Below, in pieces: positions 51,960-64,000 of a stretch of DNA of 64,000 nt. A program made the translations under genes and the position numbers. How positions within the stretch are numbered: position 1 is the first letter of the stretch; every line of letters starts with the position of its first letter. The notes beneath the pieces are model-generated. The model saw nothing but the letters and a program-made list of their open reading frames with translations, made no database searches and had not been told where the DNA came from. The stretch covers positions 51,462,001-51,526,000 of the forward strand of contig OZ249436.1 of assembly GCA_965235115.1 (NCBI GenBank). The letters are read 5' to 3'. This stretch comes from Laetmonice hystrix. Taxonomy: Eukaryota.

Positions 51960-54900
51960 TATGGTGGCCCAAAGGTATCATCTCGTGCGGCGCCTTTCCC
52001 AATCTCGTCCCGCGCCCACGTTCCCGATTCTCGTCCCGCGCCTTTCACATTCTCGTCCCGCGTTTTCTTGATTCTCGTCCCGCGTTTTCAAAATCTCGTC
52101 CCGCGCCCCACGTGTTGTCCATTCTCGTACCGCGCCTTCATTCGGCCTACCTCGGGACTGTCCGGGCCAGATCCAGCGAAGCGACCGGAAGTTGGGCCGA
52201 GGTTTTCCGAATGCCAGCTTCATTCAGGTACCAGACCACAAACTATTTTCCATTGACTTCGTGGGCTACATCTACTCGTAGTGTGCAGGACATTTTTGGA
52301 ACGATTTCTTCCTTGTTTAATGTGATTGTCCAGGGAAAACGCCAAGAATATGGTAAAGTAACAAATTAATTAATCTATTTAGACTATTATAAATCTCAAT
52401 AATTGTTTCTGATTCTATCTATGCGACTAGGCTAATGCCACCCCCGCGCACGGACTCGTGGCCGTCTTGCAACATCCACAGATTGTAGGGGCCTACTAAT
52501 TTTAGATTTGGAGTTTTATAGAAGAAAAATGGGCTCTTAGTCTAACGTTATAGGCCTAAGTTAATTATGACAATTAGATATCGGTTGATCACAAACATTG
52601 TGGCTGACGTGTTAATCCTAGCTTAAATGTGGCCAAGTCGTTTCGTAAATAGTCGAGCCCGGCCGGTGAGCTAAGCCTTGCGGCTGCTGTCACACTGTTG
52701 TCGGCTAGGCACTGAAGTCCTTGCCGCCCGGCATCTAACGTGCCTTTGCCCTTAGTCGGCAGCCAGCCTTAGACAAGGTTTAAATTCAGGGAACACAGAA
52801 CGGATATTATTGAGCAATAACTAGCCTAAAGGTAGGCCCTATTGATACTGATGAGCATCCTAAAGACCGATTTTATCATAATATTATTAGGGCCTATGGT
52901 GGTAGGCCTATATTTGGCTATAAGGACAGAACGAAACCAAGACCTAGCCTAGGCCTATGCAACGCCCTGAAATCCAATTACGAAACGTCTTGTTTATGAA
53001 ACGACTGGCACCCGCAGAATATACTGGGGGGGGGGGGGTGTGGGTGGGGGGAGACTTGCCAAAAATCACTATTTTATGCATAAAATATAGCCTCCTAATT
53101 AAGAGTCTAAGTTAATGTCGGAGCTTGGACCTTGGCTTTTTAGGGCCTATTTAGGGCCTATTCCCAAATTAAACGATTGATTTTATAAATGCAGATTGAT
53201 AGATTCAAACCAGTTTGTCTTTTCTTCGCTAAGGAATGGGCGTTACAGTCTTAGATCTACACGTTAGGTTACAGGTCCTGTCCACAAATGGCATTTAAAT
53301 GTATAGGCTACGGTAAACCAGTTTTTTTGTTAAGGTGTACTAAAATTCAGCATGAATGTTTAAACTTTAAAAGGACAATAAAATTTTGCACGACAAATCA
53401 TCTTAGTGCTCTTGGAAACTGCCATCAAATCATTTAAATACATGCAGATAAAAATAATATACTGGCCTGGGGGGGGGCTGCAGTCTTCCTTCAGAGAATC
53501 TTAAGGCAGGTCGAATTTGTCGGGCAGCAAGAAAGAAATGGACAATTCTTTTAAAAATTCGGCTTAATACAGCCTTCCCCGATCATGAAACAACCGAAAC
53601 TGTTTTTAAGTATTATACAAAATGTCCATGATGGAGTATTGCAGGTAACATCTTGTATATTTATTATGCCCTATACTTGTAGTCGTATGGTAATATTCAA
53701 GTTAAATCAACCGTGGAAAATGTGATTTCAATGTTGTAAAGAAAGCAATAAGGGCCTGAGGCGTTTTGTAAGCATACATGTATATGTCTATCTGATGTCC
53801 ATGTGTTCTTGGTTATTATATTATTATGATTTAATCCAGAGAGGTCTAAAACGATTAGGTTTAACCATAAGGGACATAATAGGCCTATACACTTTTCATA
53901 CATAGGCCTAAAGACTGGGTGGCGGGATAATCATATCTTACTCATATTTTTAAGGGATATGTCGCTGTTCAGTGTTGTGTGGCCCTTGCACACGCTTTTT
54001 CTTAAACCATGTGATCAATGCTGTTCATTTTGGTGCAAGTAAGTGCAAATGTTTACTCCAGGAGCGGAGCCTGGATGAGATAGAAGGAGACGTGGACAGG
54101 ATCCCAACCAATTGTGACGAAACACTGCCTGAAGCATTCCACAGGACCTTGGCAAATCATCAGTGCATGGTATCAACCAACATCACCATGAAGAAGCTGT
54201 GGATGTAAATGCAAAACTTGTGAACAAATTGAACTTGCAATAGTATATTGCTAGGCCTATTTCATATTTCAGCAACACGGTTCACTTTGGCGATTCTGTT
54301 TTTTTAAGAGATTTATAAATATCCTGGCCAAAAGACCTGAGTCATTGCATATTTGACTATGTTATGACACGGGTGTGTCAATTAAAAGTGGTCTAATTTT
54401 GTACCCTACTGTAGATTGAGCACACGATGTCGTATTTTTTTAGAGCCAAATGAACATTATGTGATGATTACTAATCACCCCGAACGGTAGCAATCATCTT
54501 TGATGCGGAAACTCCTACATGAATCTGACATGGTCAAGCGAAGGAACATAAAGGAAACCCCGGATATACGCCACAGGGTGTGGACATGTAAGACGTTAAT
54601 GACGGTTTATGGGAGTTTTGTTGTTCTGTCAGGCATTTCTGGAACTTAAAGAAACATTAAAGTATGAACAGTGTTCTTATTCCATTTTCTTTGTTTTTAT
54701 AGTCCTCCTTTAAACTAGTGAGTTGCACATGAGAGTCTCGAACCCGATTCCAGCCCATGATATCACTGCGTCTCGGCCCAAGAAACCGAACTTTCCCAAC
54801 CTAGCAAAACTATAGGCATATAGACAGCATGAAAAGTCAAAGTTAGGGCCGTCCATGCTGCGCAAAACTTTAGATTTAGGGCCCCCTCCCCCTATATGTG

Positions 54901-57024
54901 TACGCCGTAAACACTCTCCCCCGGTATGTGTGTACGCCGAAGCCCGTGATAGAATCAAAATGAGCACACCATTTCAATACACAACATTTAAATCTTTTGA
55001 TATCCAAGTAAGAATAACGATAACGTTAATCTTAGTGTCGGCAACAGTGCAAATTTTTAATATTTATTTATTTATTTGTTTATTTGTTTGTTTGTTTATT
55101 TGTTTGTTTTATTTTTTTATTTATTAATTAATATATTTATTAATATATTTATTAATATATTTATTTATTTATTAATATATTTATTTATTTATTTATTTAT
55201 TCATTCATTCATTCATTCATTCATTCATTCATTCATTCATTCATTCATTCATTCATTCATTTTGCGTACGTACTGAAGACCACCCCTGTATGCCTCCTGT
55301 ATGTTTGGTCTGGACCGTCCCCTCCCTTTATAGATGGCCCCTTACTAAGGTCTAAGTGAAGAGGGCATTGCTGCTCATTAAAAGGCACTGGCGGATCCAG
55401 GATTTCACTAAGGAGGGGCACAGAAAGGCAATTCATGATTGTTTGCATTACTAATTATAGCTCATGCTCTTGAATGAGAGTTTTAGAGGTAGGCCTACAT
55501 AATAGCTCGGGGTTTCCCTGAGACACACCGTCAGTGTTAAAATTAATTAAAAATGAGTAGGCTATAGCCGCGTATAGCCTATAGGCCTATCATTTGTGAA
55601 GCTAAAGAAGGGGGGGCACGTACGTCCCTCTCCCCCCACTGGATCCGCCTTTGAAAGGGTACCTTTTCCCAAAAATACACCCCCACTAGGTAGACGACTA
55701 TGCCACAATACAAACATGTAGTAGAGTATCGGCCTAATATAGTACTAAAGTGATTCTTTGCAAACTATATAGTCTACACGTCAGACATAAATTTAGTCCC
55801 ATAATCCTTGTTGAAAGTGATAATCACTACAGAGCCCTCTGTCGGTGGATGATGCAGAATATAGTCTTGCATTACAGAGCATCTACCTATCTGTGCTTGC
55901 ACCTCTTCATTAGGCCTGCTCCTTCAAAAATGAATTTAAACCACGTATGTGTGTTGGTCAAATCAGCTGGACATGAGTCTAAGTTTAAGTGGAAACATTT
56001 CTGAGTAGGCCGACCAATCCATGTTCGTCCTCTTGAGTAGCTCCCCCACCCGCAAGCAGAAGTCACCCGCTTCGAGGCTCTATCAGGCCAAAGCCTGCAT
56101 TATAGGGGCCTAGGACCACAAAATGTCATATATGACACACGGGCCCATGTTGAGCTTGCCTACTGGCAGTGACTAGCGAAGAAAAGAGTGACGTCACATC
56201 AACGACTTAATTGGCCAGAAATATATTTTTTTATACCCGAAGGGCCATACCCGGCCTAGATGTCTGTGGGAAGAGAAGCTGCTTCAATTCATTTTTTTAT
56301 CTTATATATTAGGCCTAGTACACAGTAGTAGGGTACACTGGACCCTATTTCATAAATATTAGGTATTAAATCACCATTATTATTATTAGATATTAAAAGG
56401 GCTCCGTAATAGCATTAATGCGTAGATCTAGATCCTCTAGGCCGAAACATATATAGATACAAAATATAAAATTAAATGGTGATTAGGCCAACCTGTAGGT
56501 TAGGTCTACCTACAGAGCACTCTAGCGGCAGTTACGGATATTAGGACCAAATCTAGTGGGGAGAGCCCCCGGGTGGCCGACTGAAACATGATTAGGTCAC
56601 GAAATCGTCTCCCTGCATAACGAATTTCCGTATAGCCTAATTGTTTTCCCCGGTCCCAAGTAGGCGTACCTCGTTATAACAGGACTCCGCCATAATAAAG
56701 TTCTTTTCGTCTTCATTGTACCTAATACTATAGGCCCAGAAGGTCGTATTAGGATCGGTTTTAATTCTGTCGTGAGTTCCCAGATCAAGTAGTATAGGCC
56801 CTATGGAGATTATTTTGTGATCTGATACCTGAATGGAGCTGAGAAGGCGGCGCGGGACGAGAATCGGGGGCACAAAACGCGGGACGAGATTTTGAAAACG
56901 CGGGACGAGAATCGGAAACACGCGGGACGAGAATCGGCAACACGCGGGACGAGAATCGACAAACCTGGGCGCGGGACGAGATTGTGAAAGGCGCCGCACG
57001 AGATGATACCTATGGGCCACCATA
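51960..57024. mobile_element. IS3EU-type DNA transposon, non-autonomous or decayed (5065 bp, 6-bp TSD TGTGCC)
   Basis: TIRs tatggtggcccaaaggtatcatctcgtgcggcgcctttc / gaaaggcgccgcacgagatgatacctatgggccaccata, with tgtgcc on both sides. Arrays of tctcgtcccgcg subterminal repeats. TAY...RTA termini with a 6-bp TSD match IS3EU. Confidence 0.8.
55063..55261. repeat. (ATTT)n/(ATTC)n microsatellite
   Basis: Direct reading. Confidence 0.9.
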
Positions 57025-58886
57025 TGTGCCAGCGGCAGCCTTCCCACCCGCGGGGCGAACCGTGACGCCGCCGTCCCTCTCAGAGCACCGCCGTTCGTCG
57101 GGCTGCCACTCACTGACTCAGTGACACGTTCGGCAGGCGAGGTGGCGAGGGCCGGGGTGGGGGGTGTCTGTGTGTGTAGGGACCGCAGTAGGGGGCCCGG
57201 AGCCCGTTCCCCTAACATGCCTAACCTCCTCTTCGCTGTCCGCCATTTTCCGCGTGCTCCTCTCGGGAAGTAGATGCAGTCACGTGGTTATGCGCGCGCA
57301 TAGACGGAATTCCCCCGTTACCCAGCTGAGGCAACATGGCAAAATGGCGCGGAGACGCAGGCATGATACTATCATGGTACATCGTCGGTTCTCACAGTAA
57401 ATCGGGTTGGTTCCACTCAAATTTATTACGATAAGTGCAGGGGATCCATATGGGAGGGGTCAACTTCCTGGGGCGAAGAAATAGTGCCACTTTAATGTTA
57501 AAGTTAAAGTTCCCCATCTTCACCCTTTAGGGTATAGGCCTATTCCCCCTAGACGGAGTATCGTCCCCAGTGTAGGGACGGACAGCGTTAACCCGAAAAA
57601 CCCTACCTCCGATGTCAATCACTCGCTGTGCAAAATCCATCGTAACTACTGCCAGTTGAGGTGTCAATTCTAACGCAGCCCATCTTCTGTTCCTCTGCTG
57701 CACACTTTTCCGAGGATTTTTGCCCAAAGTTTTAATAAATCAGACTTCCGAAATTGCGAATCGCGCTGGTTCACTGCCGTTAGCTGCCATACTGTTTGTT
57801 CTACTGCGCATGTTCAAAACACGCACACTGGCGACCAGCAGGGGAGCATTCATTATTCTAGACCAAACAGCAATTCCTCCATTATGGCGCCAAACTAGTA
57901 GCCAACGTTTGAAATGACTGCTCCCTTCGTGAGCTTGACCCCGGATGTGGATTTACAGAAATGGCGCCGGTTGTAAGACTATGGAAAGTGGTCGATTGGT
58001 TTGGAAAATTGGCCGAATCTGTTGCTTAGAGGAACACCAAGTAAGTTCATTGGGCTCAGTAGCTGAAGGTAAAGGCAATCTTTTATTTGAAGTAATGGAA
58101 GAGGTGATGGCACACATTCATTTTGCGGGTTGAACGTTTGGTCTCGTAGCCCGTTCGCTAGAGGATAGGCCGTGTATACACACGGCCTATGTTAGAGGCT
58201 AATTCCCCCCACAGTTGAATATTTAAAACATAGGCCAAAAGATAAACTAAACAGCATCACGAATTCACAAGCGTATCTGACTCCCACAGTCTTACCACAC
58301 TGTTTGCTTACTGTGCTAACTGTGTCAAGGAAGGCCGAAATAACAGGCTTCCAATGTTTAAACAACTGACAATTCATGGCATTTAGGCACCCTACACGCC
58401 GAGGCTACCGCCCGGGGTCGAAGGGGGCCGGCGACTCCCATCACTTCCCGCGGCACCCTCCGCTTTCCTGCTGAGACGGGGATTATAAACCAGCCCCCGG
58501 GGCACGCTCACGGGGCGCCGGGGGTGTGGGCCAACAGCAGGTTTCCCCACAAGTGTTCCTATACATTATACATACATGAAGGTTTCCCCACAAGTATTCC
58601 TATAGGCCTACATTCAGGGGTTTGGTAGATCGGTGTACGGTCGGTGATCGGGGGTGGTGGACGGTCGGTGATCGGGGTTTATCTCTGCGGTCTGCGGTCA
58701 GGGTTGATTGGTGGTCGGTCGGTGGGTCATCATCGTGGTCGGTCGGTGGTTCCGGGAGGGTCGGTCGGCGGTTCCAGAGTCGGTGGACGGTTCAGGGGTC
58801 GGTGGTCGGTAAAGGTTGGTGGTTGGTTGTTGCTGCGGGTGTGTTGGTTGGTGTCTGTCTGAGCGTGGCCGGTCGCCCTCCTTATA

Positions 58887-59696
58887 GAGTAACACGGGGC
58901 AAGACGCCCACCCGGGGTAAAAGGCCCAGTCCCTATATCTGCCATCTGGTGCATAATGCAAACATGTTTGGAACATGATACAGGTCCTGCCATCTGCCGT
59001 TTCATTCTTCTGAATTTCCAGGTAGGCGTCATTACACGTTAAAATTTTATGCGCATTTTTTGAATTTTGTGTCATTTCTTGTAAAATCGAGGGGTAGAAA
59101 CATAGTTAACCTGCTCCATAAAGTGCTGAAGTTGTTTCCGAAATGGAATAGATGTAGGGCCTATTGTTTTGAATCTTTTCTTTGAGTTTAGATCAGATTC
59201 CGAGGAGAGTAATGGGGTGATAATGAGAGACTCTACGTCATTCGTCATGATATCCTCTGGGGCAAAACGCCCACAATGTGTTGGGCCCAGTGTGGGCCTT
59301 TTGCCTCACTAGGGGCCTTTTGTCCCAGTGATGGTGTTAAGGACTTCGGATTAATGGTTTTCTCATAATCTATTACTTTCATATGGTTTTCGGCATAAAA
59401 ACAACTTATAACTTATTCGGAAGCGTTATTTTTAAAAAATAGAAGGGTGGGCGTTTTACCCCTGGGAGGTGGGCCTTTTGCCTCGGCGTTGGGGCAAAAG
59501 GCCCTTTTTGGAGAAAATATTTCATTGACTCCCATGAACAGACGTATCATTGTTCCTAAGATTTAATGCATCCGATTTCTGGGAACAAGCATTCACATTT
59601 CCCCTAGGCCCTATATGCAATTCAATCAAAAGAAGTGATTATTTAGTGTGCTATGAGCAAAGCTGCTTAAGGTGGGCGTCTTGCCCCATGTTACTC
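58887..59696. mobile_element. Tc1/mariner-type (TA TSD) non-autonomous element, 810 bp
   Basis: TIRs gagtaacacggggcaagacgcccacc / ggtgggcgtcttgccccatgttactc, flanked by tata on both sides. Internal ggggcaaaa.gccc repeats. Confidence 0.8.
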
Positions 59697-60834
59697 TATA
59701 GCCAGTGGTACTAAACCAAAATATACCGTTTGGCCAAAGTTATTAATTAAATACATTAGTGTCCCGTAATAGGAGTACAAAAGAGTGTCTCCAAACGAAT
59801 ACGCATCTAACCAGTGTGCAGGCTCCTGCACTAGCCTTAATCAAAATGGCGACGGTCGTCTGCTGCTCACTTCGACAATAACTTCAGTCACTTTGACTCT
59901 GATACGAGGGTTAAGGGGCAATTCAATGTAGGGAGGTGGCTGGTCTAGGTTGCGAAATAAGAGATTAAAACTTTTGAAATCTTGACAATAAATATTGCTG
60001 TTGTAGTAAGCCTCAATGTGGTGGTGACACTGCTCATTATGTACAGGTCGGAGCTGGATCGTTTCACTGTTATACCCATTATTACAGCCCGAAATCTAAA
60101 ACTTCAAATAAACTGGTTTAATTTAAACTTAAGCCAGGACTCCGAGTCATAAAAATGGATCAAATTACATGTAGACCCTGTGTTTTACATACTGTAGGCC
60201 TAAAGGTGAGTCTTGTGATAAAGTAAGGCCTAATGTATAGCTTAGTTTACAGAAAGAAAAACATAACTAAAACAGATGGGCCAGCACTCGCGCCTACCGT
60301 GAGAGATCGCCGAACCCCTTGTAGATGGCCAGCCGAGGTAGGGCGAGTACTCCTTACTGTGTGCTCAGTGGTCAGACTGGCACCAAGATACCAAACAGGG
60401 ACTAACCACCCGCCCCGGCGTGGGGGTCGCGTGAGTGGAAGGGGAGCGGAGCGACGGAGGTAGCAAGGTCCTTGGAGCACAAAATCGCTCTGTAAACTTT
60501 ATCAGATAGGCTGGTGTCCGTCCAGAGTCGTTAAGTGTTAAAACATTTCGGTCTTATCAACATCCTCAACGGCCCTCAACGATCCTTTTGTCACCTATCG
60601 CCACCTCGGTGTCAACAGAAAAAAGTGCACACGAGACACGTTATGCAAATATAGGCCTATATAGATAGCTTCAATACGTGAGTAATGCCCATTTTTTCAA
60701 GAGAAAGAACAATCGATATTAGTAGACGACAGGCCCAAATGTCCTCACCTTTTAGTGTCACAAATTTTCTATTTATTACACGTTAAGAGGTACCTCTAGT
60801 TATTATAATTATTATAAATTTCTTAAACACTTAA

Positions 60835-61364
60835 AGGGGCATATTATGAGGAAACGTGAAAAATCTGTATTTCAAAGAACTTTTGCTGTTTTCATAAAGA
60901 GATCCTTCATTAAAAGTGCTTGGTAAACAAAGACAGACTCAGTTTCATTTTGTGTGAGAAATCAAAGTTTATGAAGCTCCCTTGCCCGCTTCTCTGCCGA
61001 TTTCATAAAATATTTTTTGGGTGGCATTCTGATGCCAGACGATCGAGTGCAACTGCTGAATTGTTTACAACTGACTCAACGAAGCACGTGACTAAGCACA
61101 TGCAGAGAGTGCACACGCAGGATGTAACGCAGTACGCGATTACACGGGTTGATGGGAGGTTGTCTACCAAATTATGGCGGGAGATGTGCTATCGGGAGAA
61201 ATCTATGGGTTTGGTCGTATAGAACCTACGTGCGCTGCATACGCAGCGAAAACACGTCGGAGGACAAAATGCTGTGGTAGGATTATTTACTTGGATCTCT
61301 AGTACACGGTCATGTTGGATAATTGCCGGAAATCCTCAAAAATTATGTTCCATAGCATGCCCCT
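60835..61364. mobile_element. Kolobok-type MITE (TTAA TSD), 530 bp
   Basis: ttaa|AGGGGCAT...ATGCCCCT|ttaa. The empty site cacttaaaatagtggg is seen at 26683-26698. Confidence 0.8.
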
Positions 61365-62097
61365 TTAAAATAGTGGGATTTTATGCAACAGCCCCCAGGC
61401 CAGGATGTTGTCCGCTGCCCCGAGGAAGCTATAGGCAATCCTGCCTTTGTAACGGCCCAGCAGCTGGCCAATACAAATTCGGAAGTAGCACTTTGAATAG
61501 AGTTCTCAAATTTTAAAAATATAGTCGAGATTTAAAGATAACCTACAACCTTGGTAAAAACTCATACTTCTTCATACCACTAAAAAAAGAAATTTGCTTC
61601 TCTGCCGAAGGTCATGACCCCAGTGTGTCAAGGCGTGGGTTCCAGAGACAAGCTCAGTGGGCTAAATCGTCAGCTATCGACTACAGTCAGGCGAAAAGTT
61701 AAATTGCGACAGCTTGACAATATTGTCAGAAGTAGAGCATACACGTATATAAATGGTAAAAGACTATGAAAAAGTTAAAAGCAGTAATATAAAAACAACG
61801 GAGAAAGGTAAAATGTGGGATAACAAATATTTCATTGGATACTCACAGAGGTAAGTATTAGGCCTACCTAAAATCCCCCCCCCCCCCCAAAAAAAAAAAA
61901 ATCAAGTGTTCTTTTTTAAATGTGATACATTATTTTCATTTTAACCTTTAATTGTGGATAAAAATTCGTTTAAATTTGAGTCATTTCCCTTTTCATATTT
62001 CAATTAAACAATCACAAATATTTATGCAAGCGACTGTCCTTTCAATGGTGTTACATGTTCGTCCACTGGTCATCAATAACATCTCCATGTGGCACGA

Positions 62098-63662
62098 TCA
62101 GGCCTTGGTTTTGGTGGTCCAAGCCAGTGAGTAAGTCACGAGGTGCCCATTGTCCCAGCCGAACAGGGTCCGCTCCCGCGGGTTGTAGTTGAGTGAAGAG
62201 ATCTGACCAAACTTGCTTGTTACAGGCATACTCAAAAAGGTGTCGTCTTTGGTGCGCGTGTCGTAGACGTATTGGGCCAGGGGCATGCTGGGCTTGAGTC
62301 GGTCTCCGCATGCCTCGATGGTGTACAACTTGCCTGTGTGAGCACACGACCGACAAATTATTTAATGGACTAAAAGTATATTTAAATAAGCCATTCTCTC
62401 TCTCATTCTCTCTCTCATTCTCTCTCTCTATCTTTATCTGTTCCGCCCTCTCTCGCTTGCTCTCTATATCTCTCGCTCTCTTTCTCTCTCTATAACTTAC
62501 CGCACACCATGAAGACTGCGCACACTGTATTTTTGTGTCGGTTGGTCCGAAAACTCTCCGTGAAGGTCAAGTCTTTAGGATTCACTTTGAATATGACCAG
62601 CTTGTCACCATTGTCTGAAGTCGCCATGATGGCCCACAGTCCATACTCGTCAACCTGTCATTGGTTTACTTTGTTCAAATTGAGTCAAAGCAGCTAGTTA
62701 TGCACATCCTACAGTTGAGGACAAATGTCGTAGTTTCACATGAATATAAAATGCTAAGATATTAGGTTGGTTTTCATTTAAAGAAAATACTGAGTGGGGC
62801 GAAAGAGGCCAACATGAGAAGGGGGATTTTTCTATCCTTTAACAAAAACCAGAATTTAGAAGCGATCTATCTGGCGGTATTTTTTCACGGCGTTAATAAC
62901 ACTGAGACATGAAGCTGGTAAAGCCGTCCTAATATTACTATGTTAATTCCTCAATAAAAGTTTAATACCTTGAAATCGACGTTTGTACGAAAATTCTGGC
63001 GGAGATAATCAATGTCGGACTTGGACACTACCCTACTCTGTCGTGTGTCCAGCTTGCGGTCCAGCCTGTAAAAATAACGGTTAAATACCGGTAGATAAAT
63101 TATGCATTTATTAATTTATTAATGTTATTGGAAATATTGGAGATCGAATTGTCGTTAACGGAGGGAAACATATACATCTGTTGATAGAATACTGGTAGAG
63201 AACAATAGTACACATTCCGGGCAATCAACCGATCCTCCCGTCAATTATAACTGAAGGACGGCGTTATTGTATTGCAATAATACTGTACTACTGCGGTTAA
63301 ATCTCTCTAAAATAAATTATGAATTTTCCACTGGTAGAATGTACAACCTAAAACTTACTTATATATATAATTTCCGTAGGACCAGTACCAGGAGTGGTCA
63401 TAGAGGATGTCGCCAATACCATAGGTGTACTCCATGTCATCGTATGCAGCAATCCTGCTTGCTATGAAATCGGAGTAGTTTTTGTATCTTTCGAGGTGCT
63501 GACCCTGACTGTATTTTAAATACGGGCGGAGGAAGATCTCCTGACGGTCTTCGTCGGTCTCAGGTATAGGATCTTTGTACCAGGTGCCAGCTGTAAACGC
63601 AAGCCACCATCTGTGGGCGACAGGTGAGCCAACAGAGGCCAGGTCGTGGGTATCACACCAAT
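62098..63662 (-). CDS. Secreted olfactomedin-domain protein, array copy 5 (partial: exons 5-8; the 5' part lies beyond the window)
   Basis: Exon 5 at 63662-63359 (304 nt, correct phase). Exons 6-8 carry VDEYGLWAI, FMVCGKLYTI, SLNYNPRERTLFGWD. Stop at 62098. Confidence 0.87.
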
Positions 63663-64000
63663 CTGTCAACGTGACAATCACAATAACCCTCCCTATATAT
63701 ATAATCAATTCAATTCATGCAAAACTATTCTCAATAAAGGCTATTATAATGAGCATGTAGGATAAGAGTCTTTTTAGCCCACCGCCCCTTCGGATTCAAA
63801 TTCACCCTCTGTCCGTACGTCCGTCCGGCCATACATCACGCCGACTGGAGCCAGCAATTTCTTAGAGGTGTACAGGTTAAATTGTATAAAACTTTACGTA
63901 ACGGTCAGGGACATCAAACAGATTTTTTCATATCATTTAAAATTGCCGCTCAGTGTCCATCTTGGGTGAGCAGTAACTCGGACAAAACTATCCAGATTTC

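Larger units (their letters stand above)
36389..60066. mobile_element. 23.7 kb composite insertion: solo-LTR-like element (TG...CA, 4-bp TSD CTGT) with nested DNA transposons
   Basis: The empty site in copy 2 reads catactgttataccc. Here: cata[ctgt]TGTAGCGG...GGATCGTTTCA[ctgt]tataccc. Imperfect terminal IR TGTAGCG/CGTTTCA. No gag/pol seen. Confidence 0.8.

Noticed and set aside
56637..57218. 193-aa ORF (and 51926-52369)
   Set aside because: It runs through IS3EU subterminal repeats and across the element boundary; no recognisable domain.
36389..60066. Full-length LTR retrotransposon or Polinton/Maverick
   Set aside because: No paired LTRs and no gag/pol, polB, ATPase or capsid ORFs were found; most of the length is explained by nested DNA transposons.
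23498..63662. DGR-like or RT-templated diversification of olfactomedin exon 5
   Set aside because: There is no intact reverse transcriptase or template/variable repeat pair, and the differences include indels and all base types. Germline paralogue divergence is sufficient.

Overview
Eukaryotic, intron-containing, repeat-rich genomic DNA, probably from a marine invertebrate (inference; the species cannot be identified from the sequence). Contents: (1) a 4-coding-exon arylacetamide deacetylase (AADAC/NCEH1)-like esterase gene (+, 9652-12235). (2) A minus-strand tandem array of five secreted coiled-coil + olfactomedin-domain genes with 8 coding exons: one divergent copy, then four close paralogues on a ~5.0-5.4 kb unit. 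Exons 5-6 are hypervariable while the other exons are nearly identical. Copy 3 carries a (TA)n-slippage premature stop, and copy 5 runs off the window. (3) A 23.7 kb TG...CA, 4-bp-TSD (solo-LTR-like) insertion in the 5' UTR intron of copy 4. Nested in it are a decayed CACTA/EnSpm-type transposon carrying a spliced BEN-domain gene, an IS3EU-type element and several MITEs. Comparing paralogues also shows recurrent TA->TAGGCCTA micro-insertions, and in copy 1 tandem repeats sit on splice sites. All gene models were built by eye from splice signals and exon phase; no database searches were run.
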